From an uncultured Clostridia bacterium (GTDB lineage: Bacteria > Bacillota > Clostridia > Oscillospirales > Acutalibacteraceae): DNA of 26,989 bases. The translations under genes and the position numbers were made by a program. Every line of letters starts with the position of its first letter. The stretch's first letter is position 1. The stretch lies in assembly GCA_946405565.1 (NCBI GenBank), contig CAMJHU010000001.1, positions 1 to 26,989 of the forward strand, written 5' to 3'. Below, in pieces: positions 14,891-22,775 of the stretch. A model generated the notes under the pieces. It made no database searches, was not told where the DNA came from, and saw nothing but the letters and a program-made list of their open reading frames with translations.

Positions 14891-16912
14891 ATGCATTGGT
14901 CAGAAGAAATCGCAGAGCGCATTATCGCGCGTCACCCGGAAAAGGAAGAATATGTCTGCGCGGCGGGCATCAGTCCCTCCGGCTCGATACACATCGGCAA
15001 TTTCCGTGATATTGCCACCAGTTATTTTGTGGTGCGGGCACTGCGGGCAAGAGGCAAAAAAGCGAGACTGCTTTTTTCGTGGGACGAATTCGACCGTCTG
15101 AGAAAGGTGCCCGTCAATGTCGCCAAGGTGGACGGAGATTTTGAAAAATATATCGGTATGCCCTACGCCGATGTGAAGAACCCCTTCCCGGATTCCGACG
15201 CCAAGACCTACGCCGAATTCTTCGAGAAGGAATTCATGGCGTCGATTGACAAATTCGGCATTGAGATGGATTACCGCTATCAGGCGGAGATGTACCGCGG
15301 CGGGAAGTATACCGAATACGTCCTTCATGCCCTCCGCCACAGAGGCGAAATCTTCGATATCCTCGACAGCCACCGCACGCAGGACGCGCAGGAAGGAGAA
15401 CGCGAAGCATATTTCCCCGTGGGTATCTACTGCCACGCCTGCGGCAAGGATACCACAAAAATTACATCGTTTGACGAGGATACCATGACCGCCCAGTATG
15501 AATGCGCCTGCGGTCATCACGCCTCCTTCGATTTCCGTACCGAGCATAACTGCAAGCTCGCGTGGAAAATCGACTGGCCCATGCGCTGGAAGTTTGAGGG
15601 CGTGGACTTTGAGCCGGGCGGAAAGGATCATGCCACCGTCAACGGCAGCTACGATACCAGCAAGGAGATTTCCAAGGCGATCTTTGATTATGAACCGCCG
15701 ATTTTCCAAGGCTATGAATTCATTGGCATCAAGGGTACCACCGGCAAGATGTCGGGGTCGTCGGGGCTGAACCTCACGCCCGACGCGCTGCTGAAAATCT
15801 ATCAGCCCGAAGTCATTCTCTGGCTGTATTCCAAGACCGAGCCGCTCAAGGCGTTTGACTTCTGCTTTGACGACGGCATTCTGCGGCAGTATTTTGAATT
15901 CGATAAAATGTACAACGCGGTGCGCGACGGCAGTGCGGACGAGTATGTCAAATCCATTATGTTCAATACCACCGTCGGCGACCGCACGGTGGAAACCGTT
16001 CCCATGAGCCTGCTGGTGCAGCTCGGTTCGGTGGTGGATTTCAATGTCCCCATGCTGGAGACCGTGTTTGAAAAGATCGGCACGCCCTATAAGTATGAAC
16101 AGTTTGCCGACCGTCTCGACAGGGCGAAGTACTGGCTGGAACAGTGTGCCCCCGATCAGGTCAACAAGCTGCGCGCGACCCGGAATTTTGCGGTGTACGA
16201 GACGCTCTCCGAAGAGGAGAAGAAGGCGGTGGAACTGCTGCATGACTACATTGTCAAGGGCGGTTATTCACTCGATGAACTCAATACCGAGCTGTACGAT
16301 ATCCCCAAGCGGGTGTACGATGTGTCCGCCGTCACTGACAAGGAACTCAAAAAGCTTCAGGGCGCGTTCTTCAAGAGCGTCTACAAGCTGCTTATCGATC
16401 GTGAAAAGGGTCCTCGCCTGTATCTCTTCCTCTATGCCATCGACCCCGAACGCTATGTGAAGCTGCTAGATTTCTCTTATCCCCAGACCGAGGAGGAAGC
16501 TGCGCTGGACAATCCGCCGGTGGAGGAAGTCGAAGAAGCGCCCGCTAAGGTGTACGGCGATCCCGACCCGGTGGCGGATATTAAACCGGAAATCGACATT
16601 GACACCTTCTCGCAGATTGATCTTCGCGTGTGTAAAATTGTCAAGGCGCAGGAAATCCGCAAGTCCGCCAACTGCCTTAAGCTCACGCTGTTCGACGGCA
16701 TCAAAGAACGGGTGATTGTGTCGAGCATCAAGCATGATTATTCCTGTGAACAGTTGATCGGCAGGAAGATCATTGTCGTTGCCAACCTTGCCCCTGCCCG
16801 CTTCTCCGGCGTGCAGAGCAATGGTATGCTGCTGGCGGCAACCAACAACGCCTGCGGCTGTCAGGTCATCTTTGTGGACGACATTGTCCCCGAAGGAACC
16901 GCAATAAAATAA
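14891..16912 (+). CDS. lysK: Class I lysine--tRNA ligase (LysRS1) fused to a C-terminal MetG-C/Trbp111/EMAP-II-like tRNA-binding domain
   Basis: MHWSEEIA start, GISPSGSIHIGNFRD (HIGH), WDEFDRLRKVP, Zn motifs CHAC/CACGH, WKIDWPMRW, FEPGGKDHA, and GKMSGSSG (KMSKS-like). The C-terminus reads IDIDTFSQIDLRVCKI...VVANLAPARFSGVQSNGMLLAA. ATG 14891 is preferred over TTG 14882 on RBS spacing. Confidence 0.95.
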   Translation: MHWSEEIAERIIARHPEKEEYVCAAGISPSGSIHIGNFRDIATSYFVVRALRARGKKARLLFSWDEFDRLRKVPVNVAKVDGDFEKYIGMPYADVKNPFPDSDAKTYAEFFEKEFMASIDKFGIEMDYRYQAEMYRGGKYTEYVLHALRHRGEIFDILDSHRTQDAQEGEREAYFPVGIYCHACGKDTTKITSFDEDTMTAQYECACGHHASFDFRTEHNCKLAWKIDWPMRWKFEGVDFEPGGKDHATVNGSYDTSKEISKAIFDYEPPIFQGYEFIGIKGTTGKMSGSSGLNLTPDALLKIYQPEVILWLYSKTEPLKAFDFCFDDGILRQYFEFDKMYNAVRDGSADEYVKSIMFNTTVGDRTVETVPMSLLVQLGSVVDFNVPMLETVFEKIGTPYKYEQFADRLDRAKYWLEQCAPDQVNKLRATRNFAVYETLSEEEKKAVELLHDYIVKGGYSLDELNTELYDIPKRVYDVSAVTDKELKKLQGAFFKSVYKLLIDREKGPRLYLFLYAIDPERYVKLLDFSYPQTEEEAALDNPPVEEVEEAPAKVYGDPDPVADIKPEIDIDTFSQIDLRVCKIVKAQEIRKSANCLKLTLFDGIKERVIVSSIKHDYSCEQLIGRKIIVVANLAPARFSGVQSNGMLLAATNNACGCQVIFVDDIVPEGTAIK

Positions 16913-16976
16913 AGAATACAGCATAAAGAAGAAAGAAGAATTTCGGAAGCGCTTCGCGCTTGAATAAAGGGGTGTT

Positions 16977-17636
16977 TTGGTGGAACAGGGTCGGTTGATT
17001 GTGCTGGAGGGGCTGGACGGCAGCGGGAAGGCGACGCAGACCGGATTGCTCTGCCGCCGGTTGGAAGCGGAAGGGATTCCTGTGAATCATATCTCTTTCC
17101 CCAATTACGCGGAAAGCTCTTCCGCGCTGGTTAAAAGTTATCTGGCGGGGGAATTCGGCGGCACGCCCGACGCGGTGAATGCCTACGCTGCGTCAAGTTT
17201 CTATGCCGTGGACCGTTATGCCGCCTATCTGAAACACTGGCGGGCAGACTATGAAAACGGTGTGATGATTGTTGCCGACCGCTATACTACCTCCAACGCG
17301 ATTTATCAGATGACCAAGCTCCCCCGGGAAGAATGGGACACATTTCTTGATTGGCTGGAAGAGTATGAATATCGGCTGCTGGCGCTGCCCCGTCCCGATC
17401 GGGTCATCTATCTCGATATGCCGCCGGAAGTCTCCCAGCGGTTGATGTCGGAACGCTACGGCGGCAACGAATCCCGCAAGGATATCCACGAGGCAGACGT
17501 CACGTTTCAGCGAGCCTGCCGGGAATCGGCGCTGTATGCCGCCCGTCGGCTGGACTGGCAGGTGGTGGCGTGCGGCGAAAACGGTGTGCCGCGTGCCATG
17601 GAGGCCATTTCCCACGACGTATGGGCGTGTTTGTAA
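16977..17636 (+). CDS. tmk: Thymidylate kinase
   Basis: P-loop LIVLEGLDGSGKATQ, ISFPNY, VADRYTTS and LPRPDRVIYLDMPPE. The start may be GTG at 16980. Confidence 0.93.
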   Translation: MVEQGRLIVLEGLDGSGKATQTGLLCRRLEAEGIPVNHISFPNYAESSSALVKSYLAGEFGGTPDAVNAYAASSFYAVDRYAAYLKHWRADYENGVMIVADRYTTSNAIYQMTKLPREEWDTFLDWLEEYEYRLLALPRPDRVIYLDMPPEVSQRLMSERYGGNESRKDIHEADVTFQRACRESALYAARRLDWQVVACGENGVPRAMEAISHDVWACL

Positions 17637-17661
17637 AACTTGTAAAAAGGGCGGCTGATGT

Positions 17662-18606
17662 GTGATCCAATCACTGAATTTTCATCGGTTGTCGCTGGAT
17701 GATAAAGCATGGGTTGATGCGGTATTTCAGGGAACCGCGTATAGAGGCTGTTTCTGTTCCTTTGCCACCTTCTATCTGTGGAAGGATGCGTATCATTCCG
17801 AGGCGACACATTTTTCCAATGCCCTGCTGGCACGCGGCATAGACCATGCGGGACAGCGGTATTATATGTACCCGTTGGGCAGGGATTATGATATTCGGGC
17901 TTGTATCGAAGCGCTGCGGGAAGATGCCTCGGCGGAAGGCTGTCCGCTGTTGCTCAGCTGCGTAGAGGAATGGCAGTGTGAGGAATTGCGCAGCGCGTTT
18001 CCCGGCGAATTTACCATTGCCCCCTCCCGCGATGATTTTGACTACATGTACCGCACGGAGGATTTGATTCGTCTGGGCGGCAAAAAATATCACGCCAAAC
18101 GCAGCCACATCAGTCAGTTTGTGCGCGCTTATCCTGACTGGAAATACGAGGACATCACTTCGGGCAACACGTCGGAATGTATCGCGTTTGCGGACGAATG
18201 GCTTGCCAAGACAGTGGCGGCGGAATCCGACCCGCAGCAGGCGCAGGAGCTTGTCACCGAAAATGCCGCCATTGTGCTGGCGCTGTCGGAATTTGAGCGG
18301 CTGGAACTCATGGGCGGTCTGCTGCGCGTGGGGGGAAAAATCGTTGCTCTGACCATCGGTGAACCGCTTCAGCCGAAGGTGTTCAAGGTGTTCGTGACGC
18401 ATTTTGAAAAAGCGGATACCGGTTACAACGGCGCTTATGGGATGATCAATCAGCAGTTTGCCTTGCATCGATTGTCATCGTATGAATATGTCAACCGGGA
18501 GGAAGATATGGGACGTGAAGGACTTCGGAAATCCAAACTATCCTATCATCCGTCGTTCCTTCTTGAAAAATACATGGTTCAGGATACAAGGGAGGCACAG
18601 GCATGA
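17662..18606 (+). CDS. DUF2156 / phosphatidylglycerol-lysyltransferase-like domain protein (soluble, no flippase domain)
   Basis: YMYPLG, RDDFDYMYRTEDLIRLGGKKYHAKRSHISQF, THFEKA...GAYGMINQ and YVNREEDMGREGLRKSKLSYHP. No TM segments. Confidence 0.88.
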   Translation: MIQSLNFHRLSLDDKAWVDAVFQGTAYRGCFCSFATFYLWKDAYHSEATHFSNALLARGIDHAGQRYYMYPLGRDYDIRACIEALREDASAEGCPLLLSCVEEWQCEELRSAFPGEFTIAPSRDDFDYMYRTEDLIRLGGKKYHAKRSHISQFVRAYPDWKYEDITSGNTSECIAFADEWLAKTVAAESDPQQAQELVTENAAIVLALSEFERLELMGGLLRVGGKIVALTIGEPLQPKVFKVFVTHFEKADTGYNGAYGMINQQFALHRLSSYEYVNREEDMGREGLRKSKLSYHPSFLLEKYMVQDTREAQA

Positions 18607-19514
18607 TACTCTTTCCGCAGGACAGCATGAAAAGTGATCTCATGCGGCTCTGGCGTGCCTGTTTCGGCGACAGCGATGAAACCGTCCGCTACTTCTTTGA
18701 CCATCGTTATGCGCCCGACCACTGTCTTTGTTATGTCGATGAAGCGATCCGCCGCCCGGTGGCCATGCTGCATCTGCTGCCCGCGGGGGTTTCGGAGGAC
18801 GGGGGACTGGCTCCGGCGCAGTATCTTTATGCCGCCTGTACCCGTGAGGATTACCGGCGGCAGGGAATCATGGCTTCGCTGATTGAAACCGCGCGCAGGC
18901 TGGGACGGTCACGCGGCGTCAAGTATACCCTTACCGTCCCTGCGGAGCCGCATTTGTTCCGTTATTACAGCAAGCAGGGGTTTTATCGCGGCTATCAGGT
19001 GCGTATGGTATATATGGATCGGGCGGATCTGCGGTATCTTTGCCGCAACCGGATCGTGGTGCCCGGTACGCCGCGCGATACGATGATGAAACTGAGCGAG
19101 GTCTGCGAATTCCGCCGCCATATGCTGGTGGATCGCGAGGGATATGTCAACTGGGATTTGCCCGCTTTCCGATATGCCGTGGGGAGTCACGAGCAGGAGG
19201 GGGGACACGTTGTTACGCTGACATATCAGGGTGACAGCGGTTACGCGTTTTGTCACCCGGAAGGTGACACGGTGCGTGTCAGCGAATTTATCGTGCGCGA
19301 CTATTTTGCTTCCGCGCTTCTCAAACGGATTTTGCAAAGCTATCCGAAGGCGCAGCGTTTTATTTTCCGGCTGCCGGTGTGTGACAGCTTTTTTGAGAAG
19401 TACGGGGAAGTGCTGGATTTTGCGATGATTTCCCGCAACGACGGCAAAAACCCGGTTTCCGTCATTACGCTGGAAGGTTCGCGTGCGCCCTATCTGGGGT
19501 TGCCGCTGGATTAG
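18603..19514 (+). CDS. GNAT-family acetyltransferase, Eis-like N-terminal domain
   Basis: LMRLWRACFGD, YLYAACTREDYRRQGIMASLI and LTVPAEPHLFRYYSKQGF. ATGA overlap with the DUF2156 gene. Confidence 0.88.
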   Translation: MILFPQDSMKSDLMRLWRACFGDSDETVRYFFDHRYAPDHCLCYVDEAIRRPVAMLHLLPAGVSEDGGLAPAQYLYAACTREDYRRQGIMASLIETARRLGRSRGVKYTLTVPAEPHLFRYYSKQGFYRGYQVRMVYMDRADLRYLCRNRIVVPGTPRDTMMKLSEVCEFRRHMLVDREGYVNWDLPAFRYAVGSHEQEGGHVVTLTYQGDSGYAFCHPEGDTVRVSEFIVRDYFASALLKRILQSYPKAQRFIFRLPVCDSFFEKYGEVLDFAMISRNDGKNPVSVITLEGSRAPYLGLPLD

Positions 19515-19577
19515 GAACCGGTAAGATAGTCAAATGGTAAAACAGAAAACAAAAACACCGAAAGGAAGGTTTTCGAT

Positions 19578-20117
19578 ATGGTATATGTGATGCTCGCAGA
19601 GGGCTTTGAAGAAGTGGAAGCGCTGGCACCGGTGGATATGCTGCGGCGCGCGGGTGTAAATGTGGTCACAGTGGGCGTGACCGGCGAAGCGGTGAGAGGT
19701 TCGCACGGTGTGGTCGTCGCGGCGGATATTACGGCGGAGCAGATGGATATGACAGATGCGCAGATGATCGTGCTGCCCGGCGGAATGCCCGGCACACTGA
19801 ATCTGGAGAAGTCCGAGTATGTGCAGGCGGCGCTGGAATATTGCTATGAAAACGGCATTCACATTGCCGCCATCTGTGCTGCCCCTTCGATTCTGGGGCA
19901 TCGCGGTTATCTGAGAGGACGCGTCGCTATCTGTTTCCCGGGCTATGAGAATGAACTCAACTGCCGCCGCGTATCCGACAAACCCGTGGTTACCGATAAC
20001 GGCATAACCACCGCCAAGAGCGCGGGTTATGCCGTGAATTTCGGGTGTGAACTGGTGAATGTGCTGCTCGGTCCTGAAGCGGCGACCGCTGTCTCTGACG
20101 CGGTTTATCAGCCATGA
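19578..20117 (+). CDS. DJ-1/PfpI (YajL/ThiJ-like) glyoxalase/deglycase
   Basis: GFEEVEALAPVDMLRRAG, IVLPGGMPG and AAICAAP (catalytic Cys). Confidence 0.93.
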   Translation: MVYVMLAEGFEEVEALAPVDMLRRAGVNVVTVGVTGEAVRGSHGVVVAADITAEQMDMTDAQMIVLPGGMPGTLNLEKSEYVQAALEYCYENGIHIAAICAAPSILGHRGYLRGRVAICFPGYENELNCRRVSDKPVVTDNGITTAKSAGYAVNFGCELVNVLLGPEAATAVSDAVYQP

Positions 20118-20725
20118 GAGAAGATATCAGACAGGTTAAAAGCGCCCTGCGGCAGCAGATGAAGGATATTCGACGAGGCATGACCCCGGCACAAAAAGTG
20201 TCTGCCGATCAGATCATCCGGGATACTTTTTTGCACAGCACCTCCTATACCCGCAGCAGTGTGATTCTTACCTATGTGTCCACCGCGATTGAAGTGGATA
20301 CCCGTGAGATTATCCGTGTGGCCCTGAGCGAAGGGAAACGCGTGGCTTGTCCCCGCTGTATCGACGGTACGCGCCAAATGGCCTTTTATTATATTGAATC
20401 TCTCGAGGAACTGACGCCGTGTACCTTCGGGGTACCCGAACCGGAAGCGCTTCCGCAGCGGCTTTATCAAGGATCATCTCATCCGATTTGCATTGTGCCG
20501 GGTCTTGCTTTTGACCGCTGGGGCTATCGTTTGGGCTATGGCAAAGGTTATTATGACCGATTTCTTTCGGAATACCGCGGATGGACAGTGGGACTTTGTT
20601 ACAGTGACTGCGTTGAATATAAGTTGCCCCACGGGCATTATGACAGAGCGGTGGATCGCCTGATCACCGAAAAATATCTCCGACGCTGTGCCGAAGGTCG
20701 GTCTGTGCGCCGGAAGTCTATGTGA
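20114..20725 (+). CDS. 5-formyltetrahydrofolate cyclo-ligase
   Basis: KSALRQQMKDIR, YVSTAIEVDT, FGVPEP and IVPGLAFDRWGYRLGYGKGYYDRFL. Confidence 0.95.
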   Translation: MREDIRQVKSALRQQMKDIRRGMTPAQKVSADQIIRDTFLHSTSYTRSSVILTYVSTAIEVDTREIIRVALSEGKRVACPRCIDGTRQMAFYYIESLEELTPCTFGVPEPEALPQRLYQGSSHPICIVPGLAFDRWGYRLGYGKGYYDRFLSEYRGWTVGLCYSDCVEYKLPHGHYDRAVDRLITEKYLRRCAEGRSVRRKSM

Positions 20726-20772
20726 CCGCCGTTTTCGCGGCGAATGATACAACCTATTGGGAGGTATTGGAT

Positions 20773-22584
20773 ATGAGCGATCATTACAAAGGGATTGACG
20801 AAGACGGTGCTTACAAGAGCCGTCACAGCGCCTCAACGCAAGGTCAACGCGATCCCCGGCGCAGTGCGTCGTCATCTTCTTCACAGTCCCGCGGCGATGA
20901 GGGATACATCGGTGCCCGCCGAACGGGTTCTCCCGTCAGCGCCGCGCAACGCGCCAGACAACATGGAGAGACGCCTTCCTCATCCGCGCAGCGTCCCGCA
21001 CCGTCGCAGCGTCCGACTTCATCCGCGCAGCGTCCCGCACCGTCGCAGCGTCCGACTTCATCCGCGCAACGTCCCGCACCGTCGCAGCGTCCGATTGCAT
21101 CCGCGCAGCGTCCCGCACCGTCGCAGCGTCCTACCTCATCGGCGTCTTCCCAGAATTTGGTCAGCGGTGAATATGCGCGTTATGAACGTGGGGGAACGTC
21201 CGGGACTGCTTCACGCGGACAGGGTTATGCGGCTCGTGGCAGTTCGTTCCGGGTCAATATTTCCGATCAGGAGTATTACGATAATGATGTGACGCTTCAG
21301 GAGATTCAGCAGGCACAAACCAGTATGCCTGCCGTGCGGCAGACCGAATCGTTGCGGGAAACGGCATCGGTGATATCGGATGGCGCAACGGCATCTCCGC
21401 GTCGGATCGTGACCAGCAGCGTGGGTGACACCTACCAGATACAGGATGATGGTGTACTGGCGCCGCGTCAGCTTCGCAGCCGTCAGAAATTCGTCCGTCG
21501 CAAAAACCGCGGCTGTATTGTGGCGCTGGTGTATGCCGCAGTGGTTTGTTCCATTTCGATTTTGCTGGCGTATTATCTGATTGTGGGCGTCAACGATATG
21601 TTTGCGCTGAACAAGGAGGGGACGACCGATTTTGAAGTGGATGTACCCAAGGGCGCTGATCTCGATCAGGTTACGGAAATCCTTGAACAGAACAACGTGA
21701 TTGAATATCCCTTCTTCTTCAAGACCTACGCCAAGATTTCCAAGAAAAATACCGGCTTTAAGGCGGGTACCTTCACACTCAATCCAAAATCCGACTACAA
21801 TCAATTGCTGCAAAAGCTGCGGCTTCCCGCGGGTGCGGATAAGAGCACCATTACCGTTACGATTCCGGAAGGACTGACCATCGAGCAGGTGGCGGTACTG
21901 ATGGAGGATAACAGTGTGTGTGAAGCGGAGAATTTTATGAAAACCGCGAGAGAAGGCGAATTCACGCAGAAATTCCTGTCGGAAGTGAAAACGAAAGACC
22001 GCCCCTATAAGGTGGAGGGATACCTTTTCCCGGATACCTATAACTTCTATCTGAGCGAAGGGTCCGTGAGTGCGGTCAACCGTCTGCTGGGCGAATTCGG
22101 CAAGCACTGGACCGAGGAATATGCCGAAAAAGCCAAGGAAATCGGCATGAGCATGGACGAAGTGGTGCGTCTGGCGTCGGTGGTCGAACGTGAGGCGAGT
22201 AAATCCGAGGATCGTTATATGGTGGCTTCGGTGTTTGAGAACCGTCTGAAGAACAAAAACAGCGGCACGGGTGGTAAGTTGCAGTCAGATGCGACGCGGT
22301 GGTATCCGTATGCGACCAAGAAAGAACTGCTAGCTTCCGATAAGCTGACACAGGCGGAAAAGGATGATTGGATCAACAATAACCTTGGCGTATGCGATAC
22401 CTATCGACTGAAAGGTCTGCCGCCTTGTCCGATTTGCAGTCCCAGTCTCGATTCTATCGAAGCGGTACTGTATCATGACAAGACGAGTTATCTGTATTTC
22501 TGTTCCGACGCGGAAGGCAATTTCTACTTTGCCAAGACGCTCAACGAGCATAATAAGAATCTCAAAAAAGCAGGTCTGGCGTGA
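20773..22584 (+). CDS. mltG: Endolytic transglycosylase MltG with a long disordered cytoplasmic N-terminus
   Basis: TM helix (CIVALVYAAVVCSISILLAYYLIVGV), VTIPEGLT, EGYLFPDTY, LASVVEREA (catalytic Glu), LQSDAT and YLYFCSD. Start ATG 20773 after GGAGGT. Confidence 0.92.
   Translation: MSDHYKGIDEDGAYKSRHSASTQGQRDPRRSASSSSSQSRGDEGYIGARRTGSPVSAAQRARQHGETPSSSAQRPAPSQRPTSSAQRPAPSQRPTSSAQRPAPSQRPIASAQRPAPSQRPTSSASSQNLVSGEYARYERGGTSGTASRGQGYAARGSSFRVNISDQEYYDNDVTLQEIQQAQTSMPAVRQTESLRETASVISDGATASPRRIVTSSVGDTYQIQDDGVLAPRQLRSRQKFVRRKNRGCIVALVYAAVVCSISILLAYYLIVGVNDMFALNKEGTTDFEVDVPKGADLDQVTEILEQNNVIEYPFFFKTYAKISKKNTGFKAGTFTLNPKSDYNQLLQKLRLPAGADKSTITVTIPEGLTIEQVAVLMEDNSVCEAENFMKTAREGEFTQKFLSEVKTKDRPYKVEGYLFPDTYNFYLSEGSVSAVNRLLGEFGKHWTEEYAEKAKEIGMSMDEVVRLASVVEREASKSEDRYMVASVFENRLKNKNSGTGGKLQSDATRWYPYATKKELLASDKLTQAEKDDWINNNLGVCDTYRLKGLPPCPICSPSLDSIEAVLYHDKTSYLYFCSDAEGNFYFAKTLNEHNKNLKKAGLA
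20980..21140 (+). repeat. In-frame 39-bp tandem repeat, 4 full copies plus a partial copy
   Basis: Unit TCATCCGCGCAGCGTCCCGCACCGTCGCAGCGTCCGACT starts at 20980, 21019, 21058 and 21097 with few substitutions. It encodes SSAQRPAPSQRPT. Confidence 0.97.
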
Positions 22585-22619
22585 TAATGCTTTGACCGGC
22601 ATTGCAGGATGAATCAATC

Positions 22620-22657
22620 AAATCGCATCTTTGTCTATCAGACAGAGATGCGATTTT
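22620..22657 (+). terminator. Intrinsic terminator after mltG
   Basis: AAATCGCATCTTTGTCT-atc-AGACAGAGATGCGATTT (17-bp stem, one G-U pair), followed by TGTTT. Confidence 0.85.
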
Positions 22658-22709
22658 GTTTGGTTAAGGGCATTATTCTATTATCCACAAATTCTTCATC
22701 AATCATACC

Positions 22710-22738
22710 TTGACATTTGGCGATAATAATGATATCAT
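22710..22738 (+). promoter_or_regulatory. Sigma-A promoter of the oxidoreductase-GH13 fusion gene
   Basis: TTGACA-N17-TATCAT with an extended -10 TG at 22730-22731. Confidence 0.85.
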
Positions 22739-22775
22739 AAAAATTACATGCAACCATTTATGAGGTGAAGTTTCT

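Noticed and set aside
635-18606. Linking YmfI, LysRS1 and DUF2156 into one EF-P modification pathway
   Set aside because: The genes are 14-17 kb apart in unrelated operons, efp is not in the window, and nothing in the sequence connects them.
20980-21140. 39-bp repeats as a CRISPR array
   Set aside because: The repeats are directly adjacent with no unique spacers, they are in frame within mltG, and no cas genes are present.
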